Virus record (IMG/VR): IMGVR_UViG_3300047550_006118
Location: 4,536-68,535 of that record
Origin: a virus
Length of the DNA: 64,000 nt
Direction: 5' to 3' (one strand)
The position numbers and the translations under genes are program-made. Shown piece after piece: positions 48,902-57,402 of the stretch; positions within the stretch are counted from its first letter, which is position 1; the number at the start of each line of letters is the position of its first letter. The notes beneath the pieces are model-generated. The model saw only the letters and a list, made by a program, of their open reading frames with translations, was not told the origin of the DNA and made no database searches.

Positions 48902-48958
48902 CAGCCGATCCGGGCAGTGGCTACAAAATAACTGTTACCATCAGGGAAAACCGTAACA

Positions 48959-49270
48959 ATGGAAAGTGATGACTTCGTCCTTAGAAAGAAGGGCATGACC
49001 GTAAAGGTCTTCAACAACAACATCGAAGGCGCGCTTGCCCAGCTAAAGAGGCGCATGAACAGCGAGGGCATGAACAAGGAGCTGCGGCGCCGCAAGCACT
49101 TCGTCCCGCCGAGCATCGTCCGCAGGCAGAAGCTGGCCGAGGCCAAGCTTCGGTGGAAGAAAAAGTACGCCCAGATCATGGAGCTCGATACTCCCAAGAA
49201 GAAGAAGCCGAAGCGCTTCGACAAGCCGGTCAATCGCTCGGTCATTTCGTCCACCGAACCGACGAGCTGA
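48959..49270 (+). CDS. rpsU: ribosomal protein bS21
   Basis: VKVFNNNIEGALAQLKRRM..EG..KELRRRKHF.PPS. Confidence 0.88.
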   Translation: MESDDFVLRKKGMTVKVFNNNIEGALAQLKRRMNSEGMNKELRRRKHFVPPSIVRRQKLAEAKLRWKKKYAQIMELDTPKKKKPKRFDKPVNRSVISSTEPTS

Positions 49271-49309
49271 TCTTGACATTCCGGGGGCGATGATGCATAA
49301 ATAGCATCG

Positions 49310-49387
49310 TTAGCCCCCGGCTAACCGGGGTGCCTAGATTAGGGTCCCAATACCATTACTTCGCTTTTACAAGGAGGTATCAACATG
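49310..49387 (+). promoter_or_regulatory. ROSE-like RNA thermometer in the Hsp20 5' UTR
   Basis: TACTTC-G-CTT-TTAC-AAG-GAGGTA hairpin (49357-49379) sequesters the SD, with a bulged G in TCGCT; two upstream hairpins. Confidence 0.65.
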
Positions 49388-49864
49388 CGAAGCCTAACCA
49401 CCTTTAACAACCACCTCGATGACATCTTCCGTGACCTTAACAGGTTTGCGGTTGGTTTCGAACCAACCATCCGCATGCTCGATCAGGTGCGAAACACCTC
49501 AAGCGGCGGATATCCTCCCTATGATCTCGAACAGATCGACGACACTAGCTATCGGCTGAGCATGGCCGTAGCAGGATTCACGGCCGATGACATCGACATC
49601 ATGCTCCATGACGGAGTGCTGACGATCGAAGGCAAGGTCAAGCAGGAGGACACCAAGACCTATCTTCATCGTGGAATCGCGGGACGTTCCTTCCGTAGGA
49701 CGTTCTATCTCGCGGCCTGGATCAAGGTCACCGGCAGCAATCTTGCCGATGGTATCCTGACCATCGACTTCTCCCAGGAGATCCCGGAGGCCATGAAACC
49801 GAGGAAGATCGTCATTGGTAACTCTCCTGTCGCGAGGGCGATCGAATCAAAACCATCGGCTTGA
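49385..49864 (+). CDS. ibpA: small heat shock protein Hsp20 (IbpA-like)
   Basis: YPPYD, AVAGF, YLHRGIA.RSF, DGILTI and PEAMKPRKI. Confidence 0.95.
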   Translation: MRSLTTFNNHLDDIFRDLNRFAVGFEPTIRMLDQVRNTSSGGYPPYDLEQIDDTSYRLSMAVAGFTADDIDIMLHDGVLTIEGKVKQEDTKTYLHRGIAGRSFRRTFYLAAWIKVTGSNLADGILTIDFSQEIPEAMKPRKIVIGNSPVARAIESKPSA

Positions 49865-49908
49865 CAAGCCGCGAGATCCGCGGCTAAGTTAGCCTAAAGG
49901 AGTAGCCC

Positions 49909-50217
49909 ATGGCCAGTACCGACGTTTTGGTTGATCCAGATACCACAACAAGGATGGCCATGCGCCCTCCGAGCAAGTTCAATGTAGTCCTGTTCAATGA
50001 CGACAGCACCACCGTTGAGTTCGTGGTGCTTCTCCTCATGAGCATCTTCCACAAGAGCTTCGAGGACGCCAACTACCTCACCATGTCCATCCATAAGAAC
50101 GGGCGCGGGATCGCCGGGACATACAGCCACGAGATCGCGACCCAGAAGAGGAATGAGGCAACCTCGGCAGCAAGGATCAACGGATATCCCCTGCGTGTCG
50201 AGGTCGAGGAAGCATGA
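49909..50217 (+). CDS. clpS: ClpS N-degron adaptor
   Basis: VVLFNDDSTTVEFV, IHKNG.GIAG and YPLRV. Confidence 0.93.
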   Translation: MASTDVLVDPDTTTRMAMRPPSKFNVVLFNDDSTTVEFVVLLLMSIFHKSFEDANYLTMSIHKNGRGIAGTYSHEIATQKRNEATSAARINGYPLRVEVEEA

Positions 50218-50441
50218 GCCAGGTTAGATACCTGCTGCCAGATGACCCGAACTATCCAGCAAAACGCAGATTGTGGCTGAGGGATCCGATTGACGGTACC
50301 CGGGTCCTACGAGAATCAACCAGGGACGATTTGTTCGATTGGTGCGAGCAGCACTGTTCTGGCCGCTTCTGGGTCGGGATGGGATTCATGGATTTTGAGC
50401 TCGATGAGGATTATGTCCTAGCATCCATGATCCATGCGTGA
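50214..50441 (+). CDS. small protein, WC...F..ED family
   Basis: DWCEQHC...FELDEDYVLASM. Confidence 0.65.
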   Translation: MSQVRYLLPDDPNYPAKRRLWLRDPIDGTRVLRESTRDDLFDWCEQHCSGRFWVGMGFMDFELDEDYVLASMIHA

Positions 50442-50713
50442 ATAAATATAACATATCATTTAATCATCACGAAGAGGTCCTGATTCCCATGATCAAGGAG
50501 AAAGCCCACTGGATCGCCTACAACACTTGGGGTCCGCGAGGACCATATCTGGTCCTCATCGTTGATTGTGATTGGTGGGATGAGAATCTGGAAGAGATCA
50601 ACGAATGGTTTGATCTAAACTGTCCAATCTGCAAGCCGGAACCAAACGATACCATCATCTCCTTCCAGGACCAGGGACAGTTCCTCCTGTGGCGCCTTAG
50701 CTGGTCTCCCTGA
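50438..50713 (+). CDS. small protein, W...F......LWRL.W family
   Basis: EWFDLNC...FQDQGQFLLWRLSW. Confidence 0.65.
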   Translation: MNKYNISFNHHEEVLIPMIKEKAHWIAYNTWGPRGPYLVLIVDCDWWDENLEEINEWFDLNCPICKPEPNDTIISFQDQGQFLLWRLSWSP

Positions 50714-50789
50714 GCCAAATTAGGCCATTGACCTAGTAGCGTGCATGTCTTAACATGGCGTTGCACAACAACAGCGAGCACTACGACAC

Positions 50790-52442
50790 ATGTCAAGCGA
50801 AATGCAAGTGACCATGGCCCGCGACGAGAAGGGTAAGCCGAAGGGGATGGAATTCAAGACGTTCCGCCTCAAGACGACCATGGACGTCCAGGGCATCGAG
50901 GAACGATTCCTCGAGTTCCATACCGACAAGCTGCGCAGCTTCCTGCGTGACAACATCAGCATCGAGGACATCTACGACGACGTCCCGGTGATCCCGGTCT
51001 ACACGCTGTTCAACCAGCTGGATCAGATCAAGCACCGCGCCAAGCGTTATGACATGCTGGCGGTGGTCAAGGAGCTGATCTCCTTCCTCGAGGAGGAAAA
51101 CAAGGGAATCCTCGGCCGCATCAACAACATGCTCGAGCGCGGGCAGATGAGCTTCGGCCTCTGCAAGACCCTGTTCTCCGAGGGCACCGAGATCGAGATC
51201 CACGGAGACGAGGTCATGGGCGGGCGAGTGGTCAACACCGAATATCGCGCCAGCATGTTCGGCACCTACCTGCAGATCATCTACGAATACGTGGGCACCG
51301 ACGGGCGCAGCTACATGCAGCGCCGGGACAACGTCCGCATCAATGCGTTCTCCGGCGTCAAGGAGATCACCAAGCTGCCGATCCGCCCGATGACCCCTGA
51401 GACCAAGGCCCGGCTGACCGAGCGTGGCAAGATCTTTGCCCGGGTGGCCATCGGTGCCCACTACATGCAATACCAGGGCATGATGGGCGTGAAGAAGTGG
51501 TGGAACTGGGACAGCATGCGTGCCGAGGGCCGCATGATGGTGGACCCCGGCACCTACGCGCAGTTCATCGACGAGTACGATCGCGACGACGACGACCATG
51601 CCATCGACGAGCTGTCCACCGATGCCCTGTGGATGACCGATCCCTACGTCAAGGGCTTTTCCTTCGTGACCAAGCAGTGGGGGCGCTTTGCCGTCGGCAA
51701 CATCTCCTCCATCGCCTTCCGCAGCGATGCGTTCGATCAGCTGGTGCTGGCCGAGGACAAGAAGGAGCTGGTGCGTGCTCTGGTCACCTACGGCGGTGGC
51801 GGGTTCCAGGACATCATCTCCGGCAAGGGCGGCGGCTGCATCTTCCTGCTGCATGGTGATCCGGGCGTGGGCAAGACGCTGACGGCCGAGGCCATCGCCG
51901 AGCTGTTGCATCGTCCGCTCTACAGCGTGGCGGTGGGCGAGCTGGGAACCAACACCGAGCAGCTGGAGAAGAGCCTGCGTCAGATCCTTGACGTGGCGCA
52001 GATCTGGAACGCGGTGGTGCTGATCGACGAGGCTGACATCTTCCTCGAGAAGCGCACCTCCGGTGACATCCTGCGCAATGCCATGGTTGGCATCTTCCTG
52101 CGGCTGCTGGAGTACCACCAGGGCGTGCTGTTCCTCACCACCAACCGCGTGACGGAGTTCGACAGCGCCTTCCACTCGCGAATCTCGGTCGCCCTCAAGT
52201 ACGGCGCGCTGACCCGCGAGGCACGCGAGAAGATCTGGACCAACCTGCTGGCGGCGGCACGCATCGAAGGGCTTGACCCGGCTGAGCTGAGCCTGACCGA
52301 GATCAACGGTCGCCAGATCAAGAACACCATCCGGCTTGCCCAGGGACTTGCCGCCCAGCAGGGTGTTACGGTCACGGCCAAGCACATCGAGATGACGCTG
52401 GCGGTGAGCCAGCAGTTCCAGCGGGACCTCAAGGAAGGTTGA
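50790..52442 (+). CDS. AAA+ ATPase
   Basis: GDPGVGKTLTAE, LIDEAD, LLEY..GVLFLTTNR, AF.SRI and NGRQI. Confidence 0.92.
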   Translation: MSSEMQVTMARDEKGKPKGMEFKTFRLKTTMDVQGIEERFLEFHTDKLRSFLRDNISIEDIYDDVPVIPVYTLFNQLDQIKHRAKRYDMLAVVKELISFLEEENKGILGRINNMLERGQMSFGLCKTLFSEGTEIEIHGDEVMGGRVVNTEYRASMFGTYLQIIYEYVGTDGRSYMQRRDNVRINAFSGVKEITKLPIRPMTPETKARLTERGKIFARVAIGAHYMQYQGMMGVKKWWNWDSMRAEGRMMVDPGTYAQFIDEYDRDDDDHAIDELSTDALWMTDPYVKGFSFVTKQWGRFAVGNISSIAFRSDAFDQLVLAEDKKELVRALVTYGGGGFQDIISGKGGGCIFLLHGDPGVGKTLTAEAIAELLHRPLYSVAVGELGTNTEQLEKSLRQILDVAQIWNAVVLIDEADIFLEKRTSGDILRNAMVGIFLRLLEYHQGVLFLTTNRVTEFDSAFHSRISVALKYGALTREAREKIWTNLLAAARIEGLDPAELSLTEINGRQIKNTIRLAQGLAAQQGVTVTAKHIEMTLAVSQQFQRDLKEG

Positions 52443-52517
52443 TCCTCGAGATTCCAGGTTGACAGAAAACCCGTGCCATGCTAACGTGTGGCACGGGTTT
52501 TCAAACGGAGAAAAAAC

Positions 52518-52958
52518 ATGCTGATCGAAAAGCTACGCACGGACATGATCACCGCCCGCAAGGGAGATGATGCCGTGGCCAAGAGCCTGCTGGTCACCCT
52601 CTATTCCGAGACTTCGCGTGTCGGTAAGGACAAACGCAACGGCGACACCACCGATGAGGAAGCCGTGGCCGTGATCAAGAAGTTCGCGGCCAATGCCGAG
52701 GAAACCCGCCGCCTCCTGGCGGAGCGCGGGCAGGATTGCTCGGTGCAGGTCCGCGAGATCGAGATCCTCGAGGGATACCTCCCGCAGCAGCTCGACCGCG
52801 CGGGCCTGGGTGCCGTGATCCACGAGATCATCCACGAGATGAAGCTGGATGGTCCCAAGGCCATGGGCGCGGTGATGGCTGAGCTCAAGAAGGGCTACTC
52901 GGGCCGGTACGACGGCAAGATGGCCAGCGAGCTGGTAAAAACTGCCCTGGCAGGATGA
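52518..52958 (+). CDS. GatB/YqeY domain protein
   Basis: EIEILEGYLPQQL and MGAVMAELK...GRYDGK. Confidence 0.9.
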   Translation: MLIEKLRTDMITARKGDDAVAKSLLVTLYSETSRVGKDKRNGDTTDEEAVAVIKKFAANAEETRRLLAERGQDCSVQVREIEILEGYLPQQLDRAGLGAVIHEIIHEMKLDGPKAMGAVMAELKKGYSGRYDGKMASELVKTALAG

Positions 52959-53203
52959 AGGGCTTCGAACGTTTCCCGGATCGGGATGATTTCCCGATCC
53001 GGGTGACCATCGACAACCATCTCGAGTGGCAGAACCATTACGAGATATCCGCCTGGTGCAGCGATAACTTCGGCGGTGATAACCACTGCCTGACATGGCG
53101 GCATGCGCTGTCCGGTTCCCCCAGCAGGGCGGATCCCGAGTTCAGCACATGGTTGTTCATGCATGAGGAGGATGCCGTCCTTTTCAAGATGAGGTGGCTG
53201 TGA
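52955..53203 (+). CDS. paralogue array member 1
   Basis: AWCSDNFG...FMHEEDAVLFKMRWL. Confidence 0.75.
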   Translation: MKGFERFPDRDDFPIRVTIDNHLEWQNHYEISAWCSDNFGGDNHCLTWRHALSGSPSRADPEFSTWLFMHEEDAVLFKMRWL

Positions 53204-53415
53204 CCACGACCTTTGATCATTCGGTCCAATTTTCCGCTTTTTGTCCGATCAAGCACCTGCGAAAATGGTGCGAAGAAAACTGCGAGGATGGTCACCTCCT
53301 GGAGATGGAGCACATCCTCGATCATCACAACGACGTCAAGGATCTCATCTACACCGCCAGCTTTGAGTTGATGTGCGACGAGACCATGTTCAAGATGGTG
53401 TGGTTATGGCAATGA
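53200..53415 (+). CDS. paralogue array member 2
   Basis: GTGA overlap; KWCEENC...FELMCDETMFKMVW. Confidence 0.7.
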   Translation: MTTTFDHSVQFSAFCPIKHLRKWCEENCEDGHLLEMEHILDHHNDVKDLIYTASFELMCDETMFKMVWLWQ

Positions 53416-53615
53416 AGGTGGTAACGGTCGGTCCTTACCTAGAGCCGACCGATCCACAGCGGCAAGCCATCGAGGAATGGTGCAGGAAAAACCTCGAGAA
53501 GGGCTCATGGATCAGCGGATACCAGCCGGTTGACGCCAACAACAACATCGCCACATTCTACTATGCCTTCTTCCGCAAGCAGGATGAGATAATGTTCAGG
53601 ATGGTATGGACGTGA
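53412..53615 (+). CDS. paralogue array member 3
   Basis: ATGA overlap; EWCRKNL...FFRKQDEIMFRMVW. Confidence 0.7.
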   Translation: MKVVTVGPYLEPTDPQRQAIEEWCRKNLEKGSWISGYQPVDANNNIATFYYAFFRKQDEIMFRMVWT

Positions 53616-53866
53616 CGGCATTTAGATATCGCATCTCGGGTAAGGATTCGCCGGAGATGATGAACCTCTGGGAATGGAGCCGCCAGTTCCAGGGTGATCC
53701 TGGTTGGTTGCGGCTTCCTCGGGTAGACATTGACCTACAGAGGCAACGTCGAGGACTTGCGATACGGAACGAAATCGAAAGCATGGGAGGGCGGTGGACC
53801 AAGCAGAACCGCTTTGCGTTCCCTACCAAGGAACAACTGGTCCATTTCAGGATGAAATGGGGATGA
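53612..53866 (+). CDS. paralogue array member 4
   Basis: GTGA overlap; EWSRQF...FPTKEQLVHFRMKW. Confidence 0.7.
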   Translation: MTAFRYRISGKDSPEMMNLWEWSRQFQGDPGWLRLPRVDIDLQRQRRGLAIRNEIESMGGRWTKQNRFAFPTKEQLVHFRMKWG

Positions 53867-54081
53867 ACAATGGATTGATGGTGGTTTCGGTCACCTGGGA
53901 TCAGCATCGTCCAATGATGCAATGGGCCAGCGAGAATTGCCGGAGTGGCTGGTCCGCCGAACCCACTGGAGGCCATGAGGTATCTCTTCGAATGATGCGC
54001 GATTCGAGAATGCGATCTGACATGATATGGCGATTCGTTGATCTGGAGGAAGAGGTACTGTTCAGGATGGTATGGATGTGA
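53863..54081 (+). CDS. paralogue array member 5
   Basis: ATGA overlap; QWASENC...FVDLEEEVLFRMVW. Confidence 0.7.
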   Translation: MNNGLMVVSVTWDQHRPMMQWASENCRSGWSAEPTGGHEVSLRMMRDSRMRSDMIWRFVDLEEEVLFRMVWM

Positions 54082-54284
54082 CGGCGCTTGGCTTCCCGCA
54101 TCGAGTGGATGTTAGTTCAATCTTGCCTCCCGATACCACACACCTTGACCTCATCGCATCCATGGCAAGATGGTGTTATGCCAACATAGGTCGCGAAAAC
54201 TGGCTGCATGACCACACCCGCGTCTTTGAGTTCCGCAATCACGAGGATCTCGTGCTGTTCAAGATCACATGGCTATACGGATAA
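54078..54284 (+). CDS. paralogue array member 6
   Basis: GTGA overlap; RWCYANIG...FRNHEDLVLFKITW. Confidence 0.7.
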   Translation: MTALGFPHRVDVSSILPPDTTHLDLIASMARWCYANIGRENWLHDHTRVFEFRNHEDLVLFKITWLYG

Positions 54285-54517
54285 GACCAGGATCAGGCTT
54301 TGCCTTCACGGTGACCATCGGAGACGAGTCCGATCTCGGAATCGGGCACACCTGGGAGTCAGTAGCTGACTGGTGCACCATCCTGATTGGTCCGATGGAC
54401 GAATGGTGGACCATCGAATGGCAGGATGGCCAGGGCATGGTATGGGGCTTCAAGCGCCGGGAAGATGCCGGACTGTTTGCGTTCACATGGGAACCTAAAA
54501 AACCAAAAGGTAGCTAG
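54269..54517 (+). CDS. paralogue array member 7
   Basis: DWCTILIG...FKRREDAGLFAFTW. Confidence 0.7.
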   Translation: MAIRIRPGSGFAFTVTIGDESDLGIGHTWESVADWCTILIGPMDEWWTIEWQDGQGMVWGFKRREDAGLFAFTWEPKKPKGS

Positions 54518-54542
54518 ATCGACGCGATCACGCGAGGTTAAT

Positions 54543-55457
54543 TTATCGTTTCCTTATCCATCCGCATTTTCTTCCTAACGATCCGTTGTCCTTAACGATC
54601 ATTTTGTCATATAGGAAATGTCCAGGCACGATGTGAGGTGCGAGTATGTCCCTGGTGAAAACCGGATCAGATCCGAGTGCATCGCTTATCTCGGAAACAA
54701 AATCCCTGTCAGGACGATGTACCAAGTCGAGGGCCACCTTTCCTCCGATCTTTAGGCTTTTTAACATTTGGTTGAGATATATTTCCGGTGGATAATGCCA
54801 GCACCAGCTATAGGTGCTAAAAACCACATCAACCTCTTCCGGCCATGTATCGCTCGGCGACATCATTGAGAAATCGGACCTTGGTACTCCCATGGCCGAG
54901 ATCGCATCGATCAATGGATACCAAGAATTATAAAAATGATATCCAGTTGTCGGGTTATGGAACAGCCCATTCTTTTTGTTAGGGTCGGGGGTTTCGTCCT
55001 TGTCGATCAAAAACATCCTCGGAGCAATTCCGCGATTGGAGAGTTTTTGATGCAAAAGAAGATCGAATATACCAATCCCTGCCCCAACATCGACGATCTT
55101 CACCTCTCCGCCATCATGATCAATTTGGCCGATCGCCTTTGTTAGGTCATTAAAATGAGACGTTATCCTCGGTCTGGCAATCGCAACAAATTCCTGGAGG
55201 CTTGGGTCTGGTCTTGACCAATTCCACCCTCCGGTCTGCAATCGATAAAATTTTATGAGATCAGTGCATGCTGATTCATTCCATGTCAAGAATAGCGGCT
55301 GTCCTTCGTGGACTATATCGAGGGTAAACTGGTTCATTTTCTCTGTTTCTATCCTGGCATGAATAAGATCGTTCATATTTAATGCCGTTAGGCCCGGCCG
55401 ATCGGTAGTGCCCGAGAAGATCAGCAAATTGCTCACCATCCTGACCGCGACCACCAA
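54543..55457 (-). CDS. class I SAM-dependent methyltransferase
   Basis: IVDVGAGIG motif I, LIDK, DVVFSTYSWCWHY and LKIGG; real start probably nearer 55337-55380; AT-rich. Confidence 0.75.
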   Translation of the reverse strand: MVVAVRMVSNLLIFSGTTDRPGLTALNMNDLIHARIETEKMNQFTLDIVHEGQPLFLTWNESACTDLIKFYRLQTGGWNWSRPDPSLQEFVAIARPRITSHFNDLTKAIGQIDHDGGEVKIVDVGAGIGIFDLLLHQKLSNRGIAPRMFLIDKDETPDPNKKNGLFHNPTTGYHFYNSWYPLIDAISAMGVPRSDFSMMSPSDTWPEEVDVVFSTYSWCWHYPPEIYLNQMLKSLKIGGKVALDLVHRPDRDFVSEISDALGSDPVFTRDILAPHIVPGHFLYDKMIVKDNGSLGRKCGWIRKR

Positions 55458-55507
55458 TGCCCGATCTAATTAAAGAATTCTAAGCCAAAAAAAGATCTAA
55501 AAACCAA

Positions 55508-55536
55508 TTGACGGCATGGTTCGTCTGCTGTATAAC
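55508..55536 (+). promoter_or_regulatory. sigma70-type promoter for the large ncRNA
   Basis: TTGACG-N17-TATAAC. Confidence 0.75.
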
Positions 55537-55599
55537 TACCTACATGCAGTGCAGCGCGAGAGTGCATAGCATTGCAGATAGACATAGAAAAACTAAAAG

Positions 55600-56452
55600 T
55601 TCTTTGAAAAATGAAAATTGGGGGCATGGCCCCATTAGGATAAGCCAGGTAACTGGCCCAAAGCTGGAAATCCTACGTACCAGCGTCACGCAAGTGATCC
55701 GTCCATGCAAGCTCGAGCCTGCCCGAAAGGGCCCATCACTAGAGGTGGTGGATATTCCGAAGGCTGGGCTGGGGTCCGAAAGGACGGGTGCAGAGCCGAT
55801 CGGTGAGCACCAAAGGAGCCGCAACTCCTGCCCCGGCACGCAACCCAGTCCAAGATGAATGGCTAACGGGTAGTCCGGTCAGTCCGAGGTTCGCAGCCGA
55901 GGGCAACGGGCAATGTGATGGGTATCGGGCCGAGAGGCACGCTATCCGGAAACGTGGTCGAGTACCTCGCAAGGGGAATGACATGAGGTGTGTTGTATTG
56001 GGTCGGTGGAAACACTGATTCAGCAACAGGGGCAGCACATCTTGGTAGGTTTGCAATGTAGCTCATTGGTAGAGCATCTGTCTCCAAAACAGACTGTAGT
56101 TGGTTCAAATCCAACCATAGGAAAAAGCAAAGACTGCCCCGGTTACGTGTGTAAGGCGTCAAATGCCATGCCCGCAAGGGAACATGGTCCAGCTGAGCCC
56201 GCAAGGCAAGGTTGGTTCATCGCAGATGATTCGTAGAGGCTTAGCGGCTTCGAACTACCCGCAAGGTAGGCGGATAGGAAACGGTGGAGTAGCACGTAGT
56301 GACGGACCAAATGCCAGGTCCCTAAACAAGGCGACGCTGTTGGTGGACTTGATGACCGCAAGGCATCAGGTGGATAACGGGAGAAGGCCGCCCGCAAGGT
56401 GGTTGATAATGCCCAAGGCACTGACACAGGAACTGTAATCTCAGGTTTCTAC
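55600..56452 (+). ncRNA. large structured ncRNA, GOLLD-like
   Basis: ~850 nt with no credible ORF between promoter and terminator; many GNRA hairpins (six CGCAAG-loop copies, GGAAAC, CGAAAG); embedded tRNA-like element. The family name is inferred from size, architecture and context. Confidence 0.7.
56052..56123 (+). tRNA. tRNA-Trp(CCA)-like element with a mismatched acceptor stem, inside the large ncRNA
   Basis: D-arm GCTCATTGGTAGAGC; anticodon arm TCTGT-CTCCAAA-ACAGA; T-arm GTTGG-TTCAAAT-CCAAC; acceptor TGCAATG/CATAGGA has 2 mismatches and no encoded CCA. Confidence 0.7.
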
Positions 56453-56457
56453 CCCCG

Positions 56458-56487
56458 AAAAAACGGAGCGAAAGCTCCGTTTTTCTT
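56458..56487 (+). terminator. intrinsic terminator
   Basis: AAAAACGGAGC-GAAA-GCTCCGTTTTT. Confidence 0.85.
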
Positions 56488-56560
56488 GACCGTAGCATCA
56501 TACCAAAACCGTCAGCGTGCTTGACGACCGGCGTGATCCGTGCAAGCATGTTTGCATACA

Positions 56561-57100
56561 CAGATATTCAGCAAAGAGGAGAGAGTGTCGTGTAATAGGC
56601 CCGGTCATTTTCCTTATGGAACCTTTGTATTATTGATGAAAGGTCGGCGTAGGGATCACCAGCAACCCTAACAGCAGATCATAGAAACTTGAAACAGCTA
56701 CGCACGCCACAGGCCCGCTGGATCCATGCAGGCAAACCTAGACATGGTAGGGTCGGAAAACGGGCGAAGGTCCCAGGGGAAGGACGGGATACCCTGGGAC
56801 AACAGGAACGTGTAAGCCCAGCGCGGTAAGATGTGAAGCCGGTGGGCAAGGCAGATGAAGAGAAGGCCAAAGGGCCAGTATCCGATGCCGTAACCATGGT
56901 AGCGATGCCATTGAGTTGGACCCTCACTTTAGTCCACATCCTGGTGGGACCGGGAAAAAGCGCAGGGCTGGAATAATGCCCGATTGGGGTAGGCATGGCA
57001 AGCCGCTTGATCCCAGTGATTCGCCACCGAATCGGAATGGCAAGGTCCCACACGTTCCTTGGTTGCATCTATCGTGCGCCTGCCGGCGCGGGATATCTTG
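56561..57100 (+). ncRNA. second large structured ncRNA (~540 nt), family unassigned
   Basis: Own TTGACG promoter at 56521. Long-range pairings: AGGAACGTGT (56804) with ACACGTTCCT (57050); GTGGGACC (56944) with GGTCCCAC (57044); GTCCCAGGG/CCCTGGGAC hairpin. No credible ORF. Confidence 0.6.
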
Positions 57101-57159
57101 ATCAATCGTGGTTGATGCAACAAGCTAACTATGCATAATCGTTGCAGGGAAATTGATCA

Positions 57160-57402
57160 ATGCGATTTACCAAGGATCAGATCTTGGATCACCTCGATTC
57201 CATCATCATGAGGCAGATCGAAGAAATAGAAATGCTAGTTGATACGAAGCCCAAGCCGATATCAACCCTTCGCCGATCAAGGGCCCATCTGGACGAGCTG
57301 GTGTGCATACGAGATGCATGCAACCGTGGGGATGCGGCATGCCAGGGATATCTTAATCAGATCGAGCAAGACATGCTGATGATTGGATGGGGACGGGAAT
57401 GA
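57160..57402 (+). CDS. hypothetical protein
   Basis: 80 aa; ATGA overlap with purM. Confidence 0.6.
   Translation: MRFTKDQILDHLDSIIMRQIEEIEMLVDTKPKPISTLRRSRAHLDELVCIRDACNRGDAACQGYLNQIEQDMLMIGWGRE

Noticed and set aside
50793-52385. Long antisense ORFs (530 aa here; also 26160-27353, 36316-37431, 60385-61701)
   Set aside because: Shadow ORFs caused by GC-rich codon bias on the opposite strand of clearly recognisable genes.
56002-56028. TTCAGCAAC inside the GOLLD-like RNA as another handle
   Set aside because: The upstream bases are used in a local TCGGTG-GAAA-CACTGA hairpin and I found no AAG-preceded complementary strand; probably coincidental.
56561-57100. RNase P RNA or self-splicing intron
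   Set aside because: No GAGGAAAGUCC / AGAACCCGGCUUA P4 signatures, no interrupted host gene, and no recognisable group II domain V.
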